The translations under genes and the position numbers were made by a program. The notes under the pieces are model-generated. The model was not told where the DNA came from. It saw nothing but the letters and a program-made list of their open reading frames with translations, and made no database searches. This document shows, piece after piece, positions 13,498 through 26,558 of a stretch of DNA of 64,000 nt. Origin of the DNA: Leucoraja ocellata (Eukaryota); the NCBI GenBank assembly GCA_036785375.1, contig JAWMAR010000386.1, positions 1,612,001 through 1,676,000 of the forward strand. Reading direction: 5' to 3'. The stretch's first letter is position 1; every line of letters starts with the position of its first letter.

Positions 13498-13697
13498 NNN
13501 NNNNNNNNNNNNNNNNNNNNNNNNNNNNNNNNNNNNNNNNNNNNNNNNNNNNNNNNNNNNNNNNNNNNNNNNNNNNNNNNNNNNNNNNNNNNNNNNNNNN
13601 NNNNNNNNNNNNNNNNNNNNNNNNNNNNNNNNNNNNNNNNNNNNNNNNNNNNNNNNNNNNNNNNNNNNNNNNNNNNNNNNNNNNNNNNNNNNNNNNN
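13498..13697. other. Assembly gap (200 N)
   Basis: Run of N. Confidence 0.99.
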
Positions 13698-15027
13698 AGT
13701 AGAGGCTCAGGCACATTTTCTTTGTGATTTTGGCCCATTCCTTGACCTGGCATCCAAGCTATCTTGGCTATCTTCCATCTTAATTACCCACCTCTGGCCC
13801 TTTATCGCCCAGCACCCCTGCAAATCCTTGTGTTTGTTCCTTTGTCTCAACTGCCTTCTGAACACTCGTTGCCACAATTTTATAGTACACCGACATTCTG
13901 CCCGTCATTTTCGTCTGTGAAAAATTTACTTGTCCTTTAACATTTCTTTAAGTTAATGAGTAAGAGACACCTCAGCAGACAAAAAATCAGAGCATTTGGG
14001 ACAAGGGAGTGGTGCATTAGAGAAGTATAAAAAAACCACAATGACACATTGGACAATGATGGTTAAGACCTCATGGAAAAAATGGTAAATTGTGTAAATT
14101 GTCCTTAGTGTGCATAGGCATATGTTAATGTGCGTGAATCGCTGGTTGGTGGGTCAAAGGGCCTGTTTCCGCGCTGCATGTCTGCACCTCAGTTTCTGAA
14201 TCTCAGTAGGATTTAGTCCTTGAATTGTAGTTTCTTCACATTCCCTGCTAGGTCAGAGTACAATTTGAATTGCAATTATATTGCAGTCAGGCAATTTACC
14301 AAGCTTTATAAAAAACAAATAAAGATATTCATTAAAATTATTTTTTATTATAGAGCTGCAGAGGTGAATATTTTTAATATTTCTTTAATACCATGAATTC
14401 TGGTTGAGCTAGATGTTATTTTTTTAATAATTGAGTATTATATGCTTAAGCATAACTTGGATGAGAAAGATATTTTTTCTGTAAGATTTGCATTTTGAAA
14501 TATTTGATTCTGACTACTTATCTGACATTCTTTACTATCTTCATCCGTAATTCTCTGTCATAAGATGATAATAGCAAGGGATTAAAACGTAATTCTTTGA
14601 AGTCTGAAAAACATGCAGTTTTCTCCTGCCTCTTAAGAGCCCTCTTCGCTAATATCCCCTTCAGAGGTTTACGTGGTAAAGTGAGATTATATTGTAGGCA
14701 GCTGTTTAGCTGGAGCATGTATGCCATTCAAAATGATGGATGCAGTAAAATATACCCTCTGACACTATCATTACCAATTAGTCTTGAAATGAAAGTATCA
14801 AGGATTTCAAGCACAGTGAATCACACTCTTACTGAAAATAAGCAGTCCACCCTTTGTGTGATAAGATGAACTTTTTTTCGTGTGGAAGATGAGTATCTTG
14901 CAATTAAACTAGAATAGAGAATATACAGCGCCAAGCCAATGCTATAAGAGCTTGCCTTTCTTTATATCTACTTATGTAGAATGATGTTTATAGCTAATGG
15001 GAGTGTAATTCCATAGCAACTTAATAG

Positions 15028-15250
15028 GAATCTGAGGGGTAATTCTTTTCACACTACGGGTGGAGGGTGTATGGAACAAGCTGCCAGACAAGGTAGTTAA
15101 GGCAGGGACTATCCCAACATTTAAGAAACAATTAGACAGGTACATGGATAGGACAGGTTTGGAAAGATATGGACCAAGTGTGACTAGTGTAGCTGGGACA
15201 TGTTGGCCAGTGTGGGCAAGTTGGGCCGAAGGGCCTGTATCCACACTGTA
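15028..15250 (+). mobile_element. CR1 (HER1-type) 3' fragment; its tail resumes at 18011-18028
   Basis: VWNKLPDKVVKAGTIPTFKKQLDRYM and 3' UTR gggccgaagggcctgtatccacactgta; tcactctatgactctat continues after the 15251-18012 insertion. Confidence 0.85.
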
Positions 15251-18012
15251 AACATAGAAACATAGAAATTAGGTGCAGGAGTAGGCCATTCGGCCCTTCG
15301 AGCCTGCACCGCCATTCAATATGATCATGGCTGATCATCCAACTCAGTATCCCGTACCTGCCTTCTCTCCATACCCTCTGATCCCCTTAGCGACAAGGGC
15401 CACATCTAACTCCCTCTTAAATATAGCCAATGAGCTGGCCTCAACTACACTCTGTGGCAGAGAGTTCCAGAGATTCACCACTCTCTGTGTGAAAAAAGTT
15501 CTTCTCATCTCGGTTTTAAAGGATTTCCCCCTTATCCTTAAGCTGTGAGCCCTTGTCCTGGACTTTCCCAACATCTGGGAACAATCTCCCTGCATCTAGC
15601 CTGTCCAACCCCTTAAGAATGTTGTACGTTTCTATAAGATCCCCTCTCAATCTTCTAAATTCTAGAGAGTATAAACCAAGTCTATCCAGTCTTTCTTCAT
15701 AAGACAGTCCTGACATCCCAGGAATCAGTCTGGTGAACCTTCTCTGCACTCCCTCTATGGCAATAATGTCCTTCCTCAGATTTGGATACCAAAACTGTAC
15801 GCAATACTCCAGGTGTGGTCTCACCAAGACCCTGTACAACTGCAGTAGAACCTCCCTGCTCCTATACTCAAATCCTTTTGCTATGAAAGCCAACATACCA
15901 TTCGCTTTCTTTACTGCCTGCTGCACCTGCATGCCTACTTTCAATGACTGGTGTACCAGGACACCCAGGTCTCGCTGCATCTCCCCCTTTCCCAATCGGC
16001 CACCATTTAGATAATAGTCTGCTTTCCCGTTTTTGCCACCAAAATGGATAACCTCACATTTATCCACATTATACTGCATCTGCCAAACATTTGCCCACTC
16101 ACCCAGCCTATCCAAGTCACCTTGCAGTCTCCTAGCATCCTCCTCACAGCTAACACTTCCCCCCAGCTTAGTGTCATCCGCAAACTTGGAGATATTGCCT
16201 TTAATTCCCTCATCCAGATCATTAATATATATTGTAAATAGCTGGGGTCCCAGCACTGAGCCTTGCGGTACCCCACTAGTCACTGCCTACCATTGTGAAA
16301 AGAACCCGTTTACTCCTACTCTTTGCTTCCTGTTTGCCAGTCAGTTCTCTATCCACATCAATATTGAACCCCCAGTGCCATGTGCTTTAAGTTTGTATAC
16401 TAATCTCTTATGTGGGACCTTGTCGAAAGCCTTCTGGAAGTCCAGATACACCACATCCACTGGTTCTCCCCTATACACGCTACTAGTTACATCCTCGAAA
16501 AATTCTATAAGATTCGTCAGACATGATTTACCTTTCGTAAATCCATGCTGACTTTGTCCAATGATTTCACCACTTTCCAAATGTGCTGCTATCCCATCTT
16601 TAATAACTGACTCTAGCAGTTTCCCCACTACCGATGTTAGGCTAACTGGTCTGTAATTCCCCGTTTTCTCTCTCCCTCCCTTCTTAAAAAGTGGGGTTAC
16701 GTTTGCTACCCGCCAATCCTCTGGAACTACTCCAGAATCTAAAGAGTTTTGAAAGATTATTACTAATGCATCCACTATTTCTGGAGCTACTTCCTTAAGT
16801 ACTCTGGTGTGCAGCCTATCTGGCCCTGGGGATTTATCGGCCTTTAATCCATTCAATTTACCCAACACCACTTCCGACTAACCTGGATTTCACTCAGTTC
16901 CTCCAACTCCTTTGACCCGCGGTTCCCTGCTACTTCCGGCAGATTATTTATGTCTTCCTTTGTGAAGACGGAACCAAAGTAGTTATTCAATTGGTCCGCC
17001 ATATCCTTGTTCCCCATGATCAACTCACCTGTTTCTGACTGCAAGGGTCCTTCATTTGTTTAAACTAATCTCTTTCTTTTCACATATCTATAAAAACTTT
17101 TGCAGTCAGTTTTTATGTCCCCTGCCAGTTTTCTTTCATAATCCATTTTTGCTTTCCTAATTAAGCCCTTTGTCCTCCTCTGCTGGTCTCTGAATTTCTC
17201 CCAGTCCTCTGGTATGCTGCTTTTTCTGGCTAATTTGTACACATCATCCTTCGCTTTGATACTATCCCTGATTTCCCTTGTTATCCACGGATGCACTACC
17301 TTCCCTGATTTATTCTTCTGCCAAACTGGGATGAACAGTTTTTGAAGTTCATCCATGCAGTCTTTAAATGTTTTCCATTGCAATATCCACCGTCAATCCT
17401 TTTAGAATTAATTGCCAGTCAATCTTGGCCAATTCACGTCTCATACCCTCAAAGTTACCTTTCTTTAAGTTCAAAACCATTGTTTCTGAATTAACAAGGT
17501 CACTCTCCATCCTAATGAAGAACTCAACCATATTATGGTCACTCTTGCCCAAGGGGCCATGCACAACAAGACTGCTAACTAACCCTTCCTCATTACTCAA
17601 TACCCAGTCTAAAATAGCCTGGTCTCTCGTTGGTTCCTCTACATGTTGATTTAGATAACTATCCCGCATACATTCCAAGAAATCCTCTTCCTCAACACCC
17701 CTGCCAATTTGATTCACCCAATCTTTGCCTTTGTCGCACGCATTTCTAATTTCCTGTTTGATACCATCTCCAACTTCACTACTACTGTTAGTTGGCCTGT
17801 ACACAACACCCACCAGCGTTTTCTGCCCCTTAGTGTTTCGCAGCTCTACCCATACCGATTCCACATCCTCCAAACTAATGTCCTTCCTTTCCATTGCGTT
17901 AATCTCCTCACTAATCAGCAACGCTACCCCACCTCCTTTTCCTTTCTCTCTATGCCTCCTGAATATTGAATATCCCTGGATGTTCAGTTCCCAGCCTTGG
18001 TCACCCTGGATC
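15251..18012 (-). mobile_element. CR1 LINE, 5'-truncated 2.8 kb (ORF2: partial APE endonuclease + RT, frameshifted)
   Basis: ORFs 17364-18014 (endonuclease: GGGVAL, GVVYRP, LDWVL, SDHN), 17060-17383, 16853-17044, 16341-16871 (NYRPVSLTS, QHGF, YLDFQKAFDKV), 15516-16283 (GVPQGSVLGP, KFADD) and 15344-15595. 3' tail (TTTCTATG)n at ~15251-15268. Confidence 0.95.
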
Positions 18013-19044
18013 ACTCTATGACTCTATAACATGAATTTACAATCCAGTCCTCAAATGTACATTGCACAGTGATGTGCAAGTTATTTGCTGAAGGTTAGTT
18101 ACACTGAAGCTGTCACTGCTCATTTTATTCATTGTTGAATTTGTGCTTATTTGATGTGTTTTGTGGTTGTTGTTACAGTAGCCTTGGGTCTGTGTAGAAA
18201 GGCAACAGAGCATTGATAGAAGAAGGAGCAGTGGTCCACACAGTGCATTGTGCCTGTTCTGTCATTCAATAAGATCATGATTGATCTGATTGCTGCACCC
18301 AGCTTCACTTTTCTTCTGATGCTCACAATCCTCCATTATCTTGCAGTCCTGAAATCTATTTATTTCAAGTCATGGATGTGAATGGTGACTCAGGTTCCAT
18401 CCTCTCTAGAGTAGAGTGTTTAAAGAGTAACATAAGAAATTTCTCAACTTAAAGTAGTGTCCCTTTATCCCAAGACTAAGCAACCTTGCGTAGTTTTGCC
18501 ACCAGGGGAACCATCCTCACAAAGTTGTGAAACATCTATTCATTTCTTTTGAAATTAATGGAGAGAAAAATTCAAGATGGAAATGGTGGATCCACGGGCC
18601 ATTAGGAATATTTTTCTATGGTCAAAAATTAAAATTTTTAATTAAACCTCTCTGTTTGGATGCCTTCATGTTAGCTCTTTTTGTTCAGGAAGGTCCAGGA
18701 GCACTTGCACAAAATGTCTGGGATGGGGATGTAAATGGAATAACCAAGTAAATAGGTTCTGACTCTAATTGTATTCAACCATTTTGAATTTGTTAGTGAA
18801 TTTGATGTCCACGAGTTAATGTGCTTGAGAGAAATAAAGGCAGCCATAGATATTACCAATCACAATGTAACAAATTACACTGGTAATTGATGTTAAATGC
18901 AAAGCTAAATGATGTCCAAGTACCAATACTAATTGATATAACATAACAAGGCATCGTTGGAATGTTCTATCTGCAGGCTGTCATTGATATAATTCAAATC
19001 TGTGGTAGATGGAATTCCAGACAACAGAAGATTCAGGGACTTTA

Positions 19045-19296
19045 GGCAGCCATGGTGGCGCAGCGGTAGAGTTGTTGCCTTACAGCGCTTGCAGCGCGGG
19101 AGACCCGAGATCCCGACTTTCGTACGTTCTCCCCATGACCACGTGGGTTTTCTCCAAGATCTTTGGTTTCCTTCCACACTCCAAAAACATAAAGGTATGT
19201 AGGTTAATTGGCTTGGTGTTAATATACGGGGATCGCTGGTCGGTGCGGACTCGGTGGGCCAAAAGGCGCTGTATCTCGAAGCTAAACTAAACTAAA
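19045..19296 (+). mobile_element. V-SINE (HE1-like) with internal deletions
   Basis: Head ggtggcgcagcggtagag; tail (taaac)n. Confidence 0.82.
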
Positions 19297-20377
19297 AAAT
19301 GAGGACAGGGCAGGAAAATTATGTTGTGGAAGATCAGCTGTGGAGTGGCTGAGCAGGCTCAAGGGGCCAGATTGATTTCTTAGCTGTATTTTCGTATGTT
19401 CTTACTTGCTGCATAGAAACAGCCATGTGGGTCCAAATGACCTTGCTGATATATATACTTCGGCCAAATCTCACTCTATCTCATTCTATTCACTTTTCTC
19501 CAGTTCCTTATCTATCTCTATTTTAAATGGATCAATGTTTTTTTCCCACAAACACTGATTTTCATCAATCCTTGAATACACAAGTTTCTGCTGAATTTCC
19601 TGTTGATTTATTTGTGCTCATTTTGTATTGATGGTCCTGCATCCTGAATTCCTCCACAATTAAAAATCACTTCCATCTTTTCTGGATAAAGTATGGAACG
19701 GGGCGGACAGGAGCGCAGACAAGATCAGACAAGGTACCATCCCCTGGCAGCAAGCTAACTCTAAAAATGCAAGTGCACTATGTTGGAAGAACAGCTGTTT
19801 AGTGCAGATATTTTTTTTTTGTAAGTGAGAAACATCGTTGCATATTGTTAGGGGTGACAGACCACATAGGTGCCCAGAATAGATTGTAGCTGATAAATAT
19901 TCATTCCAACACCAATGAATGACTGCACCTAGACAAACTCCGAAAACCGCTGACATTACATTTGGCTCCAAAACATGAATCCAAATACCAGCTCAGGCTG
20001 CGGGTTGCACGGTATAAATTTAGTGCCATTAGGGAGATGACCAAAAATGCCACAATTCATTTCAATTCAATTTCAGGCAAGATCTTTTTTATACACCAAC
20101 TCCTCAATGTTTTTCTCATTGTAGCCACAGACATTGAAATCGCCTTTCAGCTATGTTTGTTATTCTCCACCTTCATGCATTTAGTCCCTATCAATGTCAA
20201 ACACAATTCACCAATTTAAAAAGGCACTCAGTCAGTTTACATGTTGATGACTACAAATAATATAATGATTTACAATTGGCCACTGGTAATGTGCAAATAA
20301 AGACATAGTCTCCACTTGTTTGCTACTTATCAGCTAAATCCCTGGTTCTGTGAAATTCCTGCTGGCAGTTCTTTTTA

Positions 20378-20790
20378 CAGTTGAACACCTCCGCTCAGTC
20401 CGTCCTAACCTACCTGATCTCCCGGTGGCCGAGCACTTCAACTCCCCCTCCCATTCGCAATCTGACCTTTCTGTCCTGGGTCTCCTCCATTGTCAGAGGC
20501 CAATTTGGAGGAACAGCACCTCATATTTTGCTTGGGTAGTTTACACCACAGCAGTATGAACATTGACTTCTCTAACTTCAAATAGCCCTTGCTTTCCCTC
20601 TCCAACCCCTCCTCCTTCCCAGTTCTCCCACCGGTCTTACTGTCTCCGACTAGATTCTATCTTTGTCCCACCCCCTCCCCTGACATCAATCTGAGGAACG
20701 GTTTCGACCCGAAACGTCGCCCATTCCTTCTCTCCAGAGATGCTGCCTCACCCGCTGAGTTACTCCAGCATTTGTGTTCATCTGCTGTTT
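20378..20790 (+). mobile_element. Penelope-like element 3' fragment
   Basis: EHLRSVRPNLPDLPVAEHFNSPSHS (GIY-YIG C-terminus) followed by the family 3' UTR with CTGAGGA...GAAACGTC. Confidence 0.85.
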
Positions 20791-21329
20791 TTACAGGATG
20801 GTTGGTTTGGAGTCATGATTATGTGTTGGATTACACCCAGTTCTATTACAATAAGTGAACCCTCAGGTTATCCTGAACATCAAATCAGAAGTCCCGAAAA
20901 AAAAGTATGCTATAAAAATTTGCCAATCTGTTTGCTTTACAGTGTTGCTTGTTGTGTATTGGCAGCTAACGAAGTGCCACAAAATTGGATGGGTAGTTGG
21001 AAAGCAGAGTTGAGAGTGGGGGTGGGGGGGGGGGAGAGATTAACAGCAAGTGTCCTCCAGGGAATCCCCTCCCACTGAGATAGCTGGTGATATACGATGG
21101 GCCGAGGGTGTCCCCAAGTCCTCACAACCAAAGCAGGCCATTGACTCAGACATGGAGGATTATGTCAACGATAGTTATCCATGGTCAAATGCCTTGTGCC
21201 ATAACAAGGGAAACGGATCCGAAATTTTGTGGAAATAGAAATTGCAGAGCATGATCTCCACAGGTAAAAATAAAATCGGTGGGGAACACTTTAAATTGTA
21301 TACATTTCATTACTTTTAGAAAGGTATCC

Positions 21330-22910
21330 TCCAAACTCATTTCCACATACCTCGACTCCATCCTATCCCCTCTGGTTAAATCCCTCCCGACCGATGTTCA
21401 AGACACCTCACACGCTCTTTGTCTACTCCTGGACTTCTGTTTTCTAGGCCCCCATTCCCTCATCTTCACCATGGATGTCCAGTCACTCTACACCTCCATC
21501 CCCACCCAGGAGGGTCTTAAAGGCCTCCGGTTCTTCCTCGACCGGAGAACCAACCAATCCCCATCTACTGTTACTCTCCTCCGCCAAGTGGAGCTGGTCC
21601 TTACCCTTAACAACTTTTCCTTTGACTCCTCCCATTTCCTTCAATTACAAGGCATAGCTATGGGCACACGCATGGGCCCAAGCTATGTCTGCCCCGTAGG
21701 GTATGTCGAACAATCTTTGTTCAAGGCATACCAGGGCCCTATCCCCGACCTCTACCTCCGCTACATCGACGACTGCATTGGTGCCTCCTCCTGCACCCAC
21801 ACACAACTCACTGGCTTCATCCATTTCACCACTAACTTCCATCCGGCACTCAAATACACCTGGACCATTTCCGACATTTTCCTACCATTTCTTGACCTCA
21901 CTATCTCCATCGCAGGTGATAGACTACTGACCGACATCAACTATAAACCCACTGACTCCCATGGCTAACTGGACTACACTTCTTCCCACCCTGCTTCCTG
22001 CAAGGACTCCAACCCCTACTCCCAATTCCTCCGTCTACGCCGCATCTGCACCCAGGATGAGGTGTCCCACACCAGGGCAATGGAGATGTCTTCATTCTTC
22101 AGGGAACGGGGGTGCCCCTCTTCTACTATAGATGAGGCACTCACCAGTTCTCTTCTTTACCCATGACTCTGCTCTCACTCCCCATACCCCCACTTGTAAC
22201 AAGGGCAGAGTCCCCCTTGTCCTCACCTTCCACCCTACCAGCCGTCACATACAACAAATAATACTCCAACATTTTTGCCACCTCCAACATGATCCCACCA
22301 CCGGCCACATCTTCCCATCTCCTTCCCTCTCTACTTTCTGCAGTGACCGCTCCCTCTGTAACTCCTTGGTCAATTCGTCCCTTCCCACCCAAACCACCCC
22401 CTCTCATGGGCACTTTCCCTTACAGCCGCAGGAAATGCTACACTTGTTGCTTTACCTCCTCCCTTGACTCCATTCAAGGACCCAAGCAGTCTTTCCAGGT
22501 GTCGCAGAGGTTCACCTGCACCTCCTCCAACCTCATCTATTGCATCCGCTGCTCTAGGTGTCAGCTGCTCTACATCGATGAGACCAAGCGTAGGTTTGGC
22601 GATCGCTTCGCCTAACACCTCCGCTCAGTTCGCAATTACCTACCTGATCTCCCAGTGGCTCAGCACTTCAACTCCCCCTCCCATTCTGAATCCGACCTTT
22701 CTGCCCTGGGCCTCCTCCATGGCCAGAGTGAGGACCACCGTAAATTGGAGGAGCAGCACCTCATATTTTGCATGGGTAGTCTGCACCCCAGTGGTATGAA
22801 CATTTGCTTCTCTAAATTCAGGAAGTCCCTGTTTTCTCCTCCCCTTCTCAGCTCTCCCTCAGCCCACTGTCTCCGCATCTTCCTTTCTTCTCCCCTCGCT
22901 CCCCTCGCAC

Positions 22911-22942
<32 letters not shown>

Positions 22943-23055
22943 CCGCACCCTCACATCAATCTGAAGAAGGGTTTCAGCCGGAAATGTTGCCTATTTCCTT
23001 CGCTCCATAGATGCTGCCTCACCCGCTGAGTTTCTCCTGCATTTTTGTATACCTC
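21330..23055 (+). mobile_element. Degraded 5'-truncated Penelope-like element (RT + GIY-YIG)
   Basis: ORF fragments 21279-21968 (MDVQSLYTSIP, GIAMG, YLRYIDD), 22132-22467, 22289-22615 (NLIYCIRC) and 22655-23029, with stops and frameshifts. The 3' UTR has a poly-C tract and a hammerhead-like core at 22961. Confidence 0.9.
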
Positions 23056-23864
23056 CTAGTTGAAGTTTACATTAATTATGCAGGCTGTAATTCATGACAC
23101 TTTGATCCAATTCCTGCTGGGGATAATATGATGATACAACACATCATTAGAACTGAATTTCAGCATGAATAGGCAGGACATCATCAGATTAAAAAAGAGT
23201 AAAATATGTTCAAAATGTTCATGCTTAAAGTGGAAATAAATGAATATTTTTCCAATGTAGCTTGATTTCTTACACATGGCTCCTATCACTTAGAGAAAAC
23301 GCACTACTGCATTTTGCGTTCTCCCTAATATAAAGAAAGATATTCCTTTTATAGACACAAATGCTGGAGGAAATCAGCAGATTAGGCAGCATTTCTGGCC
23401 TGCTGAGTTACTCCAGCATTTTGTGTCTATCTTCAGTGTTAATCAGTGTCTGTGGTTTCTTCCTACACAAAACATTATTTTTGCTCACTTCCCACTCCCA
23501 TTACTCAATTGGAATCAGAAATTAATGATCAACAGAAATTGACTTTCTAATATCCATTGCACAACAATAGGCATTTTGACCTTGAGCAGTAGATAAAATG
23601 ATTCAGCTTCCCTTTGCATGCCTTCCTTGAATTCTAACGGAAATGTCTGTGAGACCTAACAATAAACAGCTGAATCGATAACACCCATTTTACACTATAA
23701 CATAAGATCAAATTTGTTGGTAAATTGTGGCAGTCAACAGACTTTTCCAGGTGGAATATTATCTGGGTGGAAGCTGAAGATGTATGTTGCCCTAAATCAA
23801 CTTTTGATAACTTTTTGTTTGATTTATTTTCAGACACATCGCAATAGAGGAATGAACCATCTGC

Positions 23865-24004
23865 CTGAGGAAGGGTCTCGACACGAAACATTCATCAGTC
23901 TGAAGAAGGGTCTCGAGCCGAAATGTTCATCAGTCTGAAGAAGGGTCTCGACCTAAAACGTCCACCTGTCTAAAGAAGGGTCTTGACCCGAAATGTCATC
24001 CATT
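23865..24004 (+). repeat. Tandem array, 4 x 35 bp, each unit a hammerhead-like core; continues into a Penelope-type 3' end (to ~24098)
   Basis: Units start at 23865, 23900, 23935 and 23970; consensus ctgaagaagggtctcgacccgaaaYRttcatcagt. Confidence 0.88.
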
Positions 24005-24329
24005 CCTTCTCCCCAGAGATGCTGCTTGTCCCGCTGAATTACTTCAGCATTTTGTGTCTATCTTCGTTTAAACCAGCATCTGGAGTTCCTTCCTACACAA
24101 TAGAGGTAGTGCTTGCCACTCCTGGTCAGATTACTCCTTCATTGTTAAACTCTCAATGGCAAGGTTCTTGTCCAGGTCTAGACATTGTTGGAGTTTTGTT
24201 ACAATCTTTGGGTGTGCCCCAGTGAAGATCAAATACAGCAAGTGATCAGAACAAAAGCTGTAATTATTTTTTCTAAAATATGAAGAACCAGACTGTATTT
24301 TTTGAGGCACATTGAAACCATGGGCAAGA

Positions 24330-24760
24330 AAGCACAACAATGCGTCTACTTCCTTAGCCTTAGGAGATTTGGCATGTTCCCAACAACCCTCACCAACTAC
24401 TACAGATGTGATGTAGAAAGCATCTTATCGGTGTGTGCCATTACCTGGCTTTTGAATAGCACCATATAAGAAATTGTAGCCCAGACCATCACCCAAATGA
24501 ATCCCCCTTCCATTGTGACCAGATAAAGGGTACACCATTGAGGTCAGATTAAAAATAGTTCAAAGGTCTCCAGTGAGGAAGGTAAGACTAGACCCTTCTA
24601 TTGAGCCTGTTTACACTTCAGGTTGCCTCAGCAAGGCCACCAGCATACTCGAGGTCTACTCTCACCCCGGTCAATCCGTCTTCTCGCCATTCCCATCAGA
24701 CACGAGGTACAGAAGTACATACCTCCAGATTCAGGAACAGTTTCCTCCCAAATGAACGGT
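24330..24760 (+). mobile_element. Degraded Rex1/Babar LINE 3' fragment
   Basis: Degenerate LYFL..LRRFGM..TLTNYYRC.VESIL, then ASILE..SHPG..FS..PS..RYRS and TSRFRNSF. Confidence 0.65.
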
Positions 24761-26283
24761 CCACGAATCAGCTAGTGTTCAGTTCGGTCTGTCTATCTGT
24801 CTGTCTGTCTGTCTGTCTGTGTCTCTCACTCACACACACGCACACACACGCGCCGTTTCCCTGTTTCATAGCTCCAATCTTCTTGAGGAAGGAAGAAGTT
24901 TGCACGTTCACCCTGACCATGTGGGTTTCTCTGGATGACCCAATGTCCTGGTTTCTGTAAATTGTGACTAATGTGGAGGGAGTGGATACGAATGGAAAAT
25001 AGCACAGAACTAATGCTTAATGGGCGATCAATGGCCGGCGTGGTTTCACTGTCCTATAGAACCTGTATCTCTAAACTAAAACTAAACTGTACTAATTTGT
25101 TAAAAAATGTGTACATTAAATATACTTCCAAATATGATCAGCTGCAAGATGCTACACTCATTGAGGTTGTGGAAAGTGTAAATTTGTTAAACGTAAGACT
25201 TGAAGTCAATTAAAAATTCCCAAATATATGCAGTGATTGAATCATGCTTAAACTTAGTTTTTATTCATTTTCAGAATGGTACATAGTAGGCTTCCATTAT
25301 GTAAGATGTTCGGTGAAAATAACACACAGATGATTTGAAATTCAATGGTATAATACCATTTCAGTGCCACTTTAATGAAAATAGAATTTTCACAGATGAA
25401 ATAGAGCATCATTTGATTTTCAACAGTGTCGATAAGGATATTTGGTGAATGGTTAAATAATGTATTTCTTCCAATGCTCTTCATCACCATAGGTTCATCG
25501 TTGAAACATACAATATTCACAATTCATTTGTGGATTTCTGGGTTAATTCATGTCAATCAATGAATGTGGGCAGGTATTTCCCAGAATGAGTCCTATACCT
25601 ACAGTCACATGTACATCTGATTTCTGCACAGAACATCACTTTGGAGCATTGCTGATGAAATTACATAACTTGTTCGGAAGAGGAATCATGGCCCTTTGAC
25701 CAAGCATTACCATGCTTTCATTGTGCAACTCAGGACTGGGGCTCCGCTCCCAGTAAATCTCGTTCTCATCTTTTACCTTCAGCTTCCCCTCTTTCCAACA
25801 CTAATACATGACATTTCACCAACCCCATCTCACACCTTATTCCCCACAGTCTTCACAAACCATATCACCTCTGTTGTCCCCTGTCTAATGCCACCCCACC
25901 ACCACCTTGGTGTCCAGTGATCTGATTCCTTGATCTTAAACCTCTCAAACTCATCAACAACTGAAGTCCCTTGTTCCCTGCCACCACCTCACCCACAACC
26001 CCTTCCTCCCAGGGTGCTGATCTCTCCCTGGTTCAAGCATTCATCCACCTTCAGCTCCAGGGGTCCTCTGAACACATTAGAGAAAAAGTGATATTGTAGC
26101 GGCACCAATCACCAAAATTTGTGCACCTATTCCCCCCCCCCCCCCCATCTCCCTTCTGTTTTTTGTTTTTTCTGTTTCTTGTTTTTTGTGCTAAATTGTA
26201 TGTATGCGCTGAGTACGAGCAGCTTTCAGTTTCACTGTACATGTATGGTGACAATAAATGGCATATCTATATATATCTACAAA

Positions 26284-26558
26284 CGTGGTGAATAAAGTTG
26301 AGACGTCAGGCTGGTTCAAACGTTTGTTTATTCAGTGGTGACACGTTAGATTGGTGCGCTAACTATATTAACGTTGTTGCTGTAGCTGAGCGTGGTTGTT
26401 CTCGGGGGCTCAGCCACCGGTTGACTACCTTAAGGTCTCGAGGTGAGATGACCTTAAGTACCAGGACACTCCCTCTAGCCCATGACGTCACGTGCCCGCC
26501 CTCGTACCTCCTGACGAGGGTTCGAGCATAAGTGGCCTGTGTATAGGCTGACGCCACA
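26284..26558 (-). mobile_element. Possible solo LTR
   Basis: CpG-rich 275-bp island with short terminal inverted ends (c)gtggtg / cgccaca and a minus-strand AATAAA near the left end. No TSD recognisable. Confidence 0.4.

Noticed and set aside
13358-13753. ORFs spanning N runs (also 45098-45477)
   Set aside because: Artefacts of assembly gaps.
23865-24004. CRISPR-like array (35-bp period)
   Set aside because: Units are contiguous with no unique spacers, there are no cas genes, and the context is eukaryotic.
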